Source: a virus. Taken from it: a DNA stretch of 64,000 bases. This document shows, one piece after another, positions 1 to 8,796 of the stretch. Location of the stretch: IMG/VR virus record IMGVR_UViG_3300034374_008984, positions 9,652 through 73,651 of that record; one strand, written 5' to 3'. Made by a program: the position numbers and the translations under genes. Every line of letters starts with the position of its first letter. Position 1 is the first letter of the stretch. The notes below the pieces were generated by a model. It was not told the origin of the DNA. It saw only the letters and a program-made list of their open reading frames with translations, and searched no databases.

Positions 1-83
1 ATTACCTGTATTCAGATGAAGCAGTGAGAGAAGCCATCGAGGCCAACGACTACGAATTTTTGGAAAACGGGGAGCTTGCATAA
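1..83 (+). CDS. 3' end of hypothetical phage protein (partial)
   Basis: Frame from nt 3 reads YLYSDEAVREAIEANDYEFLENGELA*, an acidic C-terminus; TAA at 81-83. Confidence 0.7.
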   Translation, partial: YLYSDEAVREAIEANDYEFLENGELA

Positions 84-90
84 AAATACA

Positions 91-132
91 GCCCGGCACC
101 CGATAACGGACACCCGCGAAACGGTGCCGGGC
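91..132. repeat. GC-rich inverted repeat (10-bp stem, 22-nt loop)
   Basis: GCCCGGCACC...GGTGCCGGGC, intergenic, no U-tract. Confidence 0.7.
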
Positions 133-172
133 CAATACCACTACCAACAAAGAACCAACAAACAGCCACACC

Positions 173-418
173 ATGAATGTCAATTCAATCAAAATAGGGG
201 ACACTCTTAAACACCCATACTTCAGCTTAAGCGGGATAGTCACCGAAATCGGGGAACCTGAAAGCACAGGACAAGGAACAGACTTTAAACCCGTGAAACT
301 GAAACCACTGAAAGGTTCAGGCCCGGACTATAATGAGTGCATCACCTCATTTACCCTTACGTTTCACGAAGACGAAAACGGGGATTATACACATCAAGGA
401 CTCTTGAAAGTCAACTGA
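173..418 (+). CDS. early hypothetical protein
   Basis: 81-aa ORF, A/C-rich leader, tiles with neighbours. Confidence 0.7.
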   Translation: MNVNSIKIGDTLKHPYFSLSGIVTEIGEPESTGQGTDFKPVKLKPLKGSGPDYNECITSFTLTFHEDENGDYTHQGLLKVN

Positions 419-440
419 TAACCACCAACAACGCTACACC

Positions 441-665
441 ATGAAAGCAACAGTCAAGACCATTAAAGGAACACCGGGAACGGCAGTCTTCAATGCCAAC
501 CTGAGAAGCTACGCAGCCGACAACCTGAAGGGATACAGGCAGCTCAAATTCAACGAGACACTGAAGGGCAAACAGGCCGCACACGTTGTCCATATCAAAG
601 GACGATACTTCAGGGGCGAATGGTCGGGATACGTTTCACAGGTCGTGACCACCTTTTACAAGTAA
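441..665 (+). CDS. early hypothetical protein
   Basis: 74-aa ORF with CACCATG leader. Confidence 0.7.
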   Translation: MKATVKTIKGTPGTAVFNANLRSYAADNLKGYRQLKFNETLKGKQAAHVVHIKGRYFRGEWSGYVSQVVTTFYK

Positions 666-705
666 ACAACAACCGGGCAGCCGCCCATAAAAACCACAAC
701 CAACA

Positions 706-1038
706 ATGAAAAAAGTAAGAGCAATTTTCGACAACGGAGGACAAACATTCGACCGCTACACCGTCATCTTTTCGGATGGGGAAATGATAGGGGCAAGTGA
801 ACATCCGTTCAGCCCGGCCGGGTTCGGTCAACATACGGGCAACCTGATCGACAACTACCAACGGAATGCATGGGGAGGACGGGGAACAGACCGACCGACC
901 AACAAGCGAGAAATCAACCGATGGATAACGGTAGACATTCAGAACTTCAAAAAGAGCAGGAACATAGGCAAGCTCATAAAGTTCGAGCAATTACCGGAGG
1001 ACGTGCAAAAATTCGTTCAACAGGAATTAACGGAGTGA
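706..1038 (+). CDS. early hypothetical protein
   Basis: 110-aa ORF (FDNGGQTFDRYTVI...HPFSPAGFGQH), ACCAACAATG leader. Confidence 0.75.
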   Translation: MKKVRAIFDNGGQTFDRYTVIFSDGEMIGASEHPFSPAGFGQHTGNLIDNYQRNAWGGRGTDRPTNKREINRWITVDIQNFKKSRNIGKLIKFEQLPEDVQKFVQQELTE

Positions 1039-1043
1039 ACACC

Positions 1044-1292
1044 ATGAAAACAACAGCCGCAACCACAGCCCTACTGTTAGCCCTTGCCGTGACATCCGCA
1101 CAGGCACAGACACAGGAACCGACAACGGCCCCACCGGACAGCACAACAGGCAGTTCCATCCGTTGGGAAGGTCGCAAGTTCGAGCCCATCTACCAAACAC
1201 CGAGCGGAGGCCTGTTCCTTGCGAGGACCAACAGGCAGGGGATCTATTATCGGAAATTCATCAAAGACGAACCAACAACCAACAAGCCATGA
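1044..1292 (+). CDS. small secreted protein, paralog of 6790..7113
   Basis: ATG at 1044; signal peptide MKTTAATTALLLALAVTSAQA; C-terminal DSTTG...GIYYRKFIK motif. Confidence 0.7.
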   Translation: MKTTAATTALLLALAVTSAQAQTQEPTTAPPDSTTGSSIRWEGRKFEPIYQTPSGGLFLARTNRQGIYYRKFIKDEPTTNKP

Positions 1293-1525
1293 GTGAAATC
1301 AGAGTTCAACAAACAAACGAGAAAATCGGATACCCTGAAGGGAAGATATTTTGGGAACCATTGAAAGGCTGGACAAGCCAATTAATGAAAAACCTTTACA
1401 AGCAAGGCTACAGGGCCTGCAAATCCGGGTCCGCTCACATCCTGAAAGACAAGCAGGGCACAGAAGTTTGCAAAGGTTATTCATGGGAGGGCTTGTTACT
1501 TGAAGCCGCCCTGATAATGAGATGA
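1289..1525 (+). CDS. early hypothetical protein
   Basis: ATG at 1289 overlaps the upstream TGA (ATGA). Confidence 0.65.
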   Translation: MSEIRVQQTNEKIGYPEGKIFWEPLKGWTSQLMKNLYKQGYRACKSGSAHILKDKQGTEVCKGYSWEGLLLEAALIMR

Positions 1526-1857
1526 CCAACCAACAACGCCAACAAGCCATGAAGACAATAGACGGCAGCAGACAATGGACGGTGACACCCGCCCCGGAAT
1601 CCCCGGAGGACCACCGAACGGACACCCAGTTAATGGAACAGCTCAACACGGACTATTTCAGGGAACACGGAAAGACGGTCCGGGCATTGTGCGAATCAAT
1701 GGGCCTAACATTCATAGGAAGTTGGGGCGCATCTATCCAACGCCCGTCCAACAACAGGAACAGGCCCTTTGGCCGGATACCGTTCACGGGCCAACACCCG
1801 GACGGACGGCGAGAGGAGTTTTTTTTGATCGTACGCATAAAGACCAACAAGCCATGA
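1522..1857 (+). CDS. early hypothetical protein
   Basis: ATGA overlap; alternative start at 1549 after CCAACAAGCC. Confidence 0.65.
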   Translation: MTNQQRQQAMKTIDGSRQWTVTPAPESPEDHRTDTQLMEQLNTDYFREHGKTVRALCESMGLTFIGSWGASIQRPSNNRNRPFGRIPFTGQHPDGRREEFFLIVRIKTNKP

Positions 1858-2015
1858 CCACCACCAGACAGACATTCCACATCTACAATCGAAGAGGATG
1901 CCTACTTGCTATGCACGTATGCGAGACAACCGAACAGGCACAGGCAGCGGCCCAGTCCAAATATCCCAATAGGCAAACATTCGTTAGACCATCGGGCAGC
2001 AGATGGGCAACGTAA
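1854..2015 (+). CDS. early hypothetical protein
   Basis: ATG after ACCAACAAGCC, 53 aa. Confidence 0.55.
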   Translation: MTTTRQTFHIYNRRGCLLAMHVCETTEQAQAAAQSKYPNRQTFVRPSGSRWAT

Positions 2016-2051
2016 GTAAATGACATTGCGCGAAAATTTTTTTTCTTTAGC

Positions 2052-2095
2052 TTAAAAGAATTTCCTTGCATATCTTAAAAGAATAACTACCTTTG
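2052..2095 (+). promoter_or_regulatory. Bacteroidota primary-sigma promoter with extended TTAAAAGA element
   Basis: TACCTTTG at 2088-2095 in an AT-rich gap; very similar to the promoter at 8123-8166. Confidence 0.75.
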
Positions 2096-2131
2096 GCAGC
2101 ACATAACACAACCAACCAACAACCACAAACC

Positions 2132-2380
2132 ATGAAAGCCAACACCTACAAAATGAGAGCCGAAGGGGCATGGGACGTTGCCCGCTTCATCGGGGCAACA
2201 GCCGGACAGCTCTCAAAATTCAAGATGGAAACCATAGGCCACGGCCCGGACGTGACACTTGAATTTACCACCGTTCACTCGCGAGCCAACATTCAGAAAG
2301 CTCTTTCAATGTTAGACGATGCTCATGTGATGAGCCAAACATTGGCCCTCAAACGGGACTACACAGGCGAGCGCATTTAA
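2132..2380 (+). CDS. early hypothetical protein
   Basis: ATG at 2132 after the leader repeat. Confidence 0.7.
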   Translation: MKANTYKMRAEGAWDVARFIGATAGQLSKFKMETIGHGPDVTLEFTTVHSRANIQKALSMLDDAHVMSQTLALKRDYTGERI

Positions 2381-2406
2381 CCAATTCAACCAACAACCAC
2401 AACGCC

Positions 2407-2712
2407 ATGAACCACTACACAGGCACAGACTATCTGATTGACAACGAGAATGGGACATTCGGAACCGAGAACGACTACGGAGTAATTGAGGACGGACTGA
2501 CATTTGAACAGGCAAAGGAGCGTTCCTTAAAGTACAAACTTGGATATTCCGACCTCCTTGTTGACTGCCAGACATTTGACGACTACAAAACAATCGGTTC
2601 AGAGATTCAGCGAATGCGAAGGCTTTACAACACAATAAAAGAGCGGTCAAAGTATCTCAAGAGAGCATTAACACCTGAACAGGCCGCCATCGCAGAGGCT
2701 TACAACTTTTAA
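2407..2712 (+). CDS. early hypothetical protein
   Basis: 101-aa ORF after the leader repeat. Confidence 0.7.
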   Translation: MNHYTGTDYLIDNENGTFGTENDYGVIEDGLTFEQAKERSLKYKLGYSDLLVDCQTFDDYKTIGSEIQRMRRLYNTIKERSKYLKRALTPEQAAIAEAYNF

Positions 2713-2732
2713 TGAACCAACAACCACAAACC

Positions 2733-3362
2733 ATGAAAAAGGAAAACTTCGAGAAACTCATTCAGGCAGTAACAGGCCGTCCTCTTGAGATTATCACAGA
2801 GGACAACGAGATCCAACTGCAAACAGAGTATTGCATAGCTCACAGGAACATAGAGGGCACTGACAACTATGTTCGATTTTATTGGAAAACACCAAAGAAA
2901 CAAGACAACATCATGCGATCATTCATTACCGCCTTTGCGTCAAAGTACACGCAGCCGAACCCGGCCAAATACGGACCGAACGACTGGAATCCCGACCGCA
3001 AGACATGGGACCAGATGACCGGCAGGGAGCGAACTATGGCCTATTACCACCACAGGAGCTATATGTACACCAAGGAGCAACTACTCAAACAGGTAGAAGC
3101 CAACTTCGGTACACCTCAAATGGGAACCGCCATGATGCGCTACGGTTTCTACCTTACAGACTACGGGTTTGGAACCTTCGTCTTGTTCGGAGGGCAGCAC
3201 GTTGAGAAGGCTGTTATGAGGATGCGCGAGTATCTGAAATTGGAAAACATCCCTTACCGGAACGAGCTTTCGGACGCAAGATGGGTGCTCCGTTTTGTCC
3301 TCAACATGGGGCGACCGATACACGAGAAGATCCTGACCAAGTTTAACGCAACAATCAATTAA
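2733..3362 (+). CDS. early hypothetical protein
   Basis: ATG at 2733 after a 24-nt leader identical to 2114-2137 (alternative start 2712). Confidence 0.75.
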   Translation: MKKENFEKLIQAVTGRPLEIITEDNEIQLQTEYCIAHRNIEGTDNYVRFYWKTPKKQDNIMRSFITAFASKYTQPNPAKYGPNDWNPDRKTWDQMTGRERTMAYYHHRSYMYTKEQLLKQVEANFGTPQMGTAMMRYGFYLTDYGFGTFVLFGGQHVEKAVMRMREYLKLENIPYRNELSDARWVLRFVLNMGRPIHEKILTKFNATIN

Positions 3363-3392
3363 CCCGGCCAACAGGCCACAAACCAAACGGTC

Positions 3393-3680
3393 ATGAAGAC
3401 TACAGCCAACATTCACCCCCACAACGAGGCCGCTATCAAGAGCCTTGTTCAAGACGACATCCCACATAGCAGCATTCACGGGCAACGCCTTGCAGCCCTT
3501 CATAGGTTGATACAGATAAAAGGCCAGCCGATAACATCGGAGGACTATCTGAACGGGCACAGAGCCATGAAACTACCATCGGGCGACATGATAGCCATCA
3601 TTCACAACCCAGCAAGGCCCGGAAACTTTTTCCCGTGCCAAATCAAGTCAGTCATACTTTCTGAACTGACAACGCCATGA
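3393..3680 (+). CDS. early hypothetical protein
   Basis: 95-aa ORF tiling the early array. Confidence 0.6.
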   Translation: MKTTANIHPHNEAAIKSLVQDDIPHSSIHGQRLAALHRLIQIKGQPITSEDYLNGHRAMKLPSGDMIAIIHNPARPGNFFPCQIKSVILSELTTP

Positions 3681-3859
3681 GCCAACACCTAAGACCCACA
3701 TCGACCCGCATACGGACACCCTCCGGAGCTATCCGATACAGGCCAACAATAGTGGACATCACGAACAGGCCACACCGCAAGACTTACGTGGGAACGCCAC
3801 AGATAAGGGCAGGGACAGCGAAAGCCATCGCGGATGCCTATGTATCGGCCAACAAGTAG
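3677..3859 (+). CDS. early hypothetical protein
   Basis: ATGA overlap, 60 aa. Confidence 0.55.
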   Translation: MSQHLRPTSTRIRTPSGAIRYRPTIVDITNRPHRKTYVGTPQIRAGTAKAIADAYVSANK

Positions 3860-3903
3860 AAAGCCCGTTAGAGGGCCGGAAATCAAGTCAACCAACAATC
3901 AAG

Positions 3904-4217
3904 CACTTAAAAGCAACCACGACATGAATCAGCAACAATTAGCCACCGAGATTAAGGCCGCGACAGGGGCCACCTACTCAATTCAGGGATGGAATATCTA
4001 CCTGAAATCATCAGAGGACATTGCCGAAAAGGTGGTTTCCATACTCAATGACCTTAACGAGAAGCACGACATGGGATATAAGCGATTCGGGAAGGTGAAA
4101 AAAGATTCGGGTAGGGTATTGATAACGTCCGTTCCATTCGGTATTGCCCTGACCATCAATTAACCAACACAAGCCAATTCAACCAACAGTCAACACTTAA
4201 AAGCAACCACGACATGA
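3904..4217 (+). repeat. 24-nt exact direct repeat preceding two consecutive genes
   Basis: CACTTAAAAGCAACCACGACATGA at 3904-3927 and 4194-4217. Confidence 0.9.
3924..4163 (+). CDS. early hypothetical protein
   Basis: ATG lies within the repeat at 3924. Confidence 0.7.
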   Translation: MNQQQLATEIKAATGATYSIQGWNIYLKSSEDIAEKVVSILNDLNEKHDMGYKRFGKVKKDSGRVLITSVPFGIALTIN

Positions 4218-4405
4218 GAGTAATTAAAAGAGCGAATTTGCCGACATCACTCAATTTGAACGGGAAGACCTACAAACGGGGAACCAAAACAACCAACAGC
4301 GTAATTGTGGAAGTTTTGCGCGGCAAGATGAAAAAAGTTGAAGACTTGCGCGGTAAGCCATATCAACCGAGAGTTCACTACTTCAACCCATCAAGCCATG
4401 AATGA
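4214..4405 (+). CDS. early hypothetical basic protein
   Basis: ATG lies within the repeat at 4214. Confidence 0.65.
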   Translation: MRVIKRANLPTSLNLNGKTYKRGTKTTNSVIVEVLRGKMKKVEDLRGKPYQPRVHYFNPSSHE

Positions 4406-4664
4406 AGCAGTGATAGACCTCTTTATATCTATTCTTATCCGCAAACACAAGCCATTAAGACACAGGATAGGAATACATGAAAATTCATATTGTCTCGTCA
4501 GGTCACATCCTAAAGGCGATGATGTTCTCATGGCGAAAACCATTACCGACCCCATTCAATTCAAAGAAGAGGTGGAGAACATCGCAAAGATTTTCAACGC
4601 AACCATCATTGAAGAAACAACCACTAAACACCAACACCATGAACAACAACAGCAGAACACTTGA
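4398..4664 (+). CDS. early hypothetical protein
   Basis: CAAGCCATG start at 4398. Confidence 0.6.
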   Translation: MNEAVIDLFISILIRKHKPLRHRIGIHENSYCLVRSHPKGDDVLMAKTITDPIQFKEEVENIAKIFNATIIEETTTKHQHHEQQQQNT

Positions 4665-5232
4665 CTACGCATGCAACAACGGACTGTTTGCCGTAGAGAC
4701 AACATCCGAAGCCAACGGATACCCGGCCAACTTGCGCCAAGCCCTCACATTCGACACCATTACAGACCTTTTAGTTTGCTCCGATGAACTGACCAAATCA
4801 GGGCATTCCGTCACGGAGCTTTTGCTCCACAAGCGGGACGGCTGGCAGCTTTGGCACAGGAGAGCCACAAGTATCGACCATAGAATGTTCCGAAAGGCAA
4901 CAGACAGCGAATCTGTTTTGGAGGTCAACATATCCGATGATGACAACGAGGTGGCTTTCGACCTGATTGCACAGGGCCGGACATTCACCGACCTCGAGGA
5001 GATGAGAAGGGCAATCGATAACGTGGAAACCTTCAAAGACGAACTGGAGAACATCCTCTCAGAAGTTGAGGACAAGGGACTGACAGAGGCCACCGTGTTC
5101 TATGACCCAAACAACTACGCTATCAGGTATTGGGCCGACAACGAGACCATAGGATACAGCCATGACACCCACACCTACCAAGTGGCCCTGATGGTGGACT
5201 GGAAAGAAGAGGACGAGGAGGACAACGATTGA
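4639..5232 (+). CDS. early acidic hypothetical protein
   Basis: CCAACACCATG start; strongly acidic, ends EEDEEDND. Confidence 0.75.
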   Translation: MNNNSRTLDYACNNGLFAVETTSEANGYPANLRQALTFDTITDLLVCSDELTKSGHSVTELLLHKRDGWQLWHRRATSIDHRMFRKATDSESVLEVNISDDDNEVAFDLIAQGRTFTDLEEMRRAIDNVETFKDELENILSEVEDKGLTEATVFYDPNNYAIRYWADNETIGYSHDTHTYQVALMVDWKEEDEEDND

Positions 5233-5333
5233 CAGACATGGTTGACACGCTACGCGGTTGACCGGGGCGGGACAACGGTTGAGACACCCGCCCGAAACCA
5301 CACCTTAACCAAACAACCCAAAAACAACCAACA

Positions 5334-5825
5334 ATGAGAGCAGAAATCAATTTCACCCGAAAGGGCAACTACATCGGGCGCAGCGGACACGCCACCATGC
5401 ACGGCCTTGATATACTGACAACGACCAACCAACGGAACGTTGTGCTGTCCCCTATAAACAGCCGAGGCCCAGCACAGTCAACATTCTACGAGATCCCCAA
5501 AGAAGACATACCCAACATCGTAGAGGCATTGACCAACGCAATGGGGCAGGACTGGCCGAGGTATTTCCACGTAGGAACAGAAGACGGTGTATCGTTAGGA
5601 GTCATCCGAGGGAAAGACAACGATGAACTCAACACCAAGCTCCAACAAGCGCTTCTCAATGGACTTGCAGCGGAGGCCGTCAAGTACGAGAAAGTTGACT
5701 TTAAGTTTTGGGAGAAGGAACATTCGACCGATGTTGAAGTGAGCTGGCTCCCGAACGGTAGCGGATTGGGCGACATCCTCAAACAGAAACGAATAGTAAT
5801 CACCTACACATTCATGCAGCCATGA
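5334..5825 (+). CDS. early hypothetical protein
   Basis: 163-aa ORF, ACCAACAATG leader. Confidence 0.7.
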   Translation: MRAEINFTRKGNYIGRSGHATMHGLDILTTTNQRNVVLSPINSRGPAQSTFYEIPKEDIPNIVEALTNAMGQDWPRYFHVGTEDGVSLGVIRGKDNDELNTKLQQALLNGLAAEAVKYEKVDFKFWEKEHSTDVEVSWLPNGSGLGDILKQKRIVITYTFMQP

Positions 5826-5953
5826 ACCACGAACAGACAACCACCGCACAGGCACACCGAACAAGGTCCGAGGCCAAGTTCTCAGAGATGTTCTTTCGGG
5901 CAGCATCCCGCGCAAAAAGTATTCACCAACAATCCAAAAAACCAACAACCAAC

Positions 5954-6448
5954 ATGAAAAAACAACTTCTGACAATCGCAGCCGCAGTCGTAGTAACAGT
6001 TTCCACCGCATCGGGTCAGTGCGACCGGCTCACGACCGTGACCCACGACAAATTCACGGGAAAGAGCACCGCATCAGGTGCTGACTATATCGTGGTCAGC
6101 GAAGACGGCATCAATGGAGTGGCATTCCTGTTCGTTTACGGGGAAAAGTCGCTGATACTTTCGGGCAAGATCTACGGGCCGAGTGCCTGTATAGATGACA
6201 AGGCCAAGATCTACCTCCTGTTCACGGACGGTTCCAGATTGACAATCCCTAATCAGGGAAAATTCAACTGCGATCGGAACTTCAGCCACTTCTTCTTCAA
6301 TCCGGAGCGGTCGGACATCCTCTCTCAGCTACGGACAAAGACCATCGAAGCGCTTCGGGCAGAGACCGCGAAAGGCTCCGTCACCGAGGACGTTCCGAGC
6401 GATAAGGCCAACGACATCAGGGAAACGATCAACTGCCTTCTGAAATAA
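5954..6448 (+). CDS. secreted/periplasmic hypothetical protein
   Basis: Signal peptide MKKQLLTIAAAVVVTVSTASG, DKFTG motif, four Cys. Confidence 0.75.
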   Translation: MKKQLLTIAAAVVVTVSTASGQCDRLTTVTHDKFTGKSTASGADYIVVSEDGINGVAFLFVYGEKSLILSGKIYGPSACIDDKAKIYLLFTDGSRLTIPNQGKFNCDRNFSHFFFNPERSDILSQLRTKTIEALRAETAKGSVTEDVPSDKANDIRETINCLLK

Positions 6449-6472
6449 CCAACCAACCAACAAACAGAAAAC

Positions 6473-6754
6473 ATGAAAACATACGTGATAGTAAAACGAG
6501 AGTATCAGTACGGACTGGCCAAGAAACTTAACGCGATGGGCGTCAGCACCTCACAGGTGGTTGACACCGTGAAGGGAACCCTTGAAGATGCCGGTCGGGC
6601 ATTGCTCGATAGGCTGCGTGACAACGAGCTTCGTGTAGATGGAGACACCTACTACACACAGGTCAAAGGCGAGTTCATTCCCGCATTCACAGTAGGACAG
6701 GACCACTGCGAGGTAGATGAACTGTGGTCCGAGTTCACTATTGCAGAAGCATAA
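6473..6754 (+). CDS. early hypothetical protein
   Basis: 93-aa ORF, A/C-rich leader. Confidence 0.7.
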   Translation: MKTYVIVKREYQYGLAKKLNAMGVSTSQVVDTVKGTLEDAGRALLDRLRDNELRVDGDTYYTQVKGEFIPAFTVGQDHCEVDELWSEFTIAEA

Positions 6755-6789
6755 GCATAAACCAACAATCCAAAAAACCAACAAAAGCC

Positions 6790-7113
6790 ATGAAAAAGTA
6801 CACCCTCAACATCCCCGCCAACACCCGTTCGACAACCCTCCGCGTGATTGCGGTAGCACTTCTGGGCATTGCCATGACAGCGGCCTCCGCCAACAATTCC
6901 ACCGCACAGACCGTCACCGTCGACCAACACGGGAACCTCCACGAGAAGCCCCGACAGGTGGCCGTGACAGACAGCCTGACAGGCCGAACCTTCACAGACG
7001 CGAAGGGGAATGTCCACGATGTCTTCAAAGGAGCCAAGAACGCACTCTACATCGGAGTGATCTCCAAGAACGGGAACTACTATCGCAGGTACCTGAAAGT
7101 GGAGAATAATTAA
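6790..7113 (+). CDS. small secreted/membrane-anchored protein, paralog of 1044..1292
   Basis: Hydrophobic VIAVALLGIAMTAASA segment; DSLTG...GNYYRRYLK motif. Confidence 0.7.
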   Translation: MKKYTLNIPANTRSTTLRVIAVALLGIAMTAASANNSTAQTVTVDQHGNLHEKPRQVAVTDSLTGRTFTDAKGNVHDVFKGAKNALYIGVISKNGNYYRRYLKVENN

Positions 7114-7174
7114 AGGAGTTTTTTTTCGATCTCTAAAAAGTAACTACATTCGCAACCTAATAACAACGCAAGAC

Positions 7175-7411
7175 ATGGGACAGGGCAGAGAAACAGAATT
7201 GAGCAGGCTCAAGAGGCTTGCCAACGAGTGGCAGATAAAGTGCCGAATAGCAGACTCAAAAGAAGAGACACCCGATAGCGAACACACGGCAGAGCGCAAC
7301 GGACACGCGGCATGGGTGCAATTCGTGGCAAGCAAGATGCAGCCCAACTGCCCGTACCCGAAGGGGTCTGTGCAAGAGGTTGCATGGAGAAGGGGCTGGA
7401 ACAAGGGATAA
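7175..7411 (+). CDS. hypothetical protein
   Basis: 78 aa, downstream of a promoter-like TACATTCG; C-terminal CPY...AWRRGW. Confidence 0.6.
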   Translation: MGQGRETELSRLKRLANEWQIKCRIADSKEETPDSEHTAERNGHAAWVQFVASKMQPNCPYPKGSVQEVAWRRGWNKG

Positions 7412-7433
7412 AGCAATCAAAACCAACCGAAAA

Positions 7434-7736
7434 ATGATCACTTTGAAAGACATCGACAAGGCCAACTTCGCAACGGCCATCGGCTACAACACGAAAGTGA
7501 ACAAGCTGTGCAGGAGACTGTACAAGATGGTTCCAGAAGAGGGTGACGGGATAACACTCGTCTCCGCCCGCGTGGCCGTACCCAACACGACCCTCGGCCA
7601 GGTCGCTCGACTGGTGCAGGTGGAGGCATCCAAGAGAACGGCCTCTGTAGGGTATGATCGCGCAGAGGAACACTTCCTTGAGATCAAGGTCGGGGAGGCC
7701 GTTGTAGAGGTTTTTTGCATCGTAGAAAAGAATTGA
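7434..7736 (+). CDS. hypothetical protein
   Basis: ATG at 7434 after an A-rich leader. Confidence 0.65.
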   Translation: MITLKDIDKANFATAIGYNTKVNKLCRRLYKMVPEEGDGITLVSARVAVPNTTLGQVARLVQVEASKRTASVGYDRAEEHFLEIKVGEAVVEVFCIVEKN

Positions 7737-7739
7737 GAC

Positions 7740-8114
7740 ATGTCAAAAGAACTCAACCAATTCGCAATAACGGTTTCCAAAGGGGCGGCCAACACAAGCC
7801 CCTCCGCAATCCTCTACATAAAGGAGGGCGCGGCTGAAGTCCTCCTCCAATACCCCCGACAGGAACTCATGTACATGACCGAGGAAGGGGACGAGGAGGA
7901 CAAGGACGGGGAATACCCCGACAGGTACTTCGTTGCGGTCGTCCCCGAATCAAGCCCATTCGAGGGCCGGATAATGTCTCGCGATAAGAGGCGCAACGGG
8001 GCATACCGTTCGGCAGTACCGGCAGAGCTGTTCCCGATCGGCACCTACATCATGAGCCAACACCCGGAACACATTGACGGAGTGGACTGGTTTGAACTTA
8101 CGCCCGAAAAATAG
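7740..8114 (+). CDS. hypothetical protein
   Basis: 124-aa ORF tiling the operon. Confidence 0.7.
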   Translation: MSKELNQFAITVSKGAANTSPSAILYIKEGAAEVLLQYPRQELMYMTEEGDEEDKDGEYPDRYFVAVVPESSPFEGRIMSRDKRRNGAYRSAVPAELFPIGTYIMSQHPEHIDGVDWFELTPEK

Positions 8115-8122
8115 TCGTCCTA

Positions 8123-8166
8123 TTAAAAGATTTCTTTTGCAGGACTTAAAATAAGTGTTACCTTTG
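8123..8166 (+). promoter_or_regulatory. Bacteroidota-type promoter of the replication/recombination operon
   Basis: TTTG...TACCTTTG (8159-8166) with a TTAAAAGA upstream element. Confidence 0.75.
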
Positions 8167-8186
8167 GCGTCACGCACACGCACCCG

Positions 8187-8732
8187 ATGAACAGCACAGC
8201 AGAAACATATAACCAAGGACAGATAGAAGATGCTCAGAAGGATATTTCCCGACTGACATCCGAGGTAGAGTATCTGACAGCGGCCCTTGCAGACATTCAA
8301 ACAAAGTCGCATGGGGAGGTGGCTGTTCTGCGAACCCGCTTGAAGGAGCTGAAAGAGGAGTCTGATTCCGAGTCCGACATCAACGAGCTTCTGAGGATGA
8401 AGGACGAGATGAATGCCATCTGCTTTACCTTGCAGGAGAACGAGGCCGCGTATAATCGAATGAGACTACAGAGCGAGCACTTCTACAAGGAGTCCGAGAG
8501 GAAGCTGATAGAGAAGTTGTCTGAGGCAATGGCTGTGAACAGGGCGGAGGTCAAGGCAAAGCTGACCACGCTGGAGGTCCGCAAGATGCACATTGACGCG
8601 GCTGCCCTGTACGAGGACTTCAAGGGACTGAGGTTCGTTGCCAAGGAATCCGTTGAGGGAATCCAACAGAGGGTGGCCGTGTTGAGGAGAGATGAGGAGG
8701 TGTCCCGGATGAGGGAATCAAGTCACGCATAG
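8187..8732 (+). CDS. coiled-coil hypothetical protein
   Basis: 181 aa, heptad-like helical composition. Confidence 0.75.
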   Translation: MNSTAETYNQGQIEDAQKDISRLTSEVEYLTAALADIQTKSHGEVAVLRTRLKELKEESDSESDINELLRMKDEMNAICFTLQENEAAYNRMRLQSEHFYKESERKLIEKLSEAMAVNRAEVKAKLTTLEVRKMHIDAAALYEDFKGLRFVAKESVEGIQQRVAVLRRDEEVSRMRESSHA

Positions 8733-8796
8733 AGCAATCAATCAAAACCAAACCATAAACCATAAACCCGCCTACAAGGCACAAAACCAAGAACCG

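Larger units (their letters stand above)
5925..6784 (+). repeat. 24-nt exact direct repeat in gene leaders
   Basis: ACCAACAATCCAAAAAACCAACAA at 5925-5948 and 6761-6784; both precede signal-peptide genes. Confidence 0.9.

Noticed and set aside
1278-6797. CRISPR array
   Set aside because: The repeats are non-uniform and separated by whole genes. No cas operon is present; the Cas4-like nuclease is a common phage replication gene.
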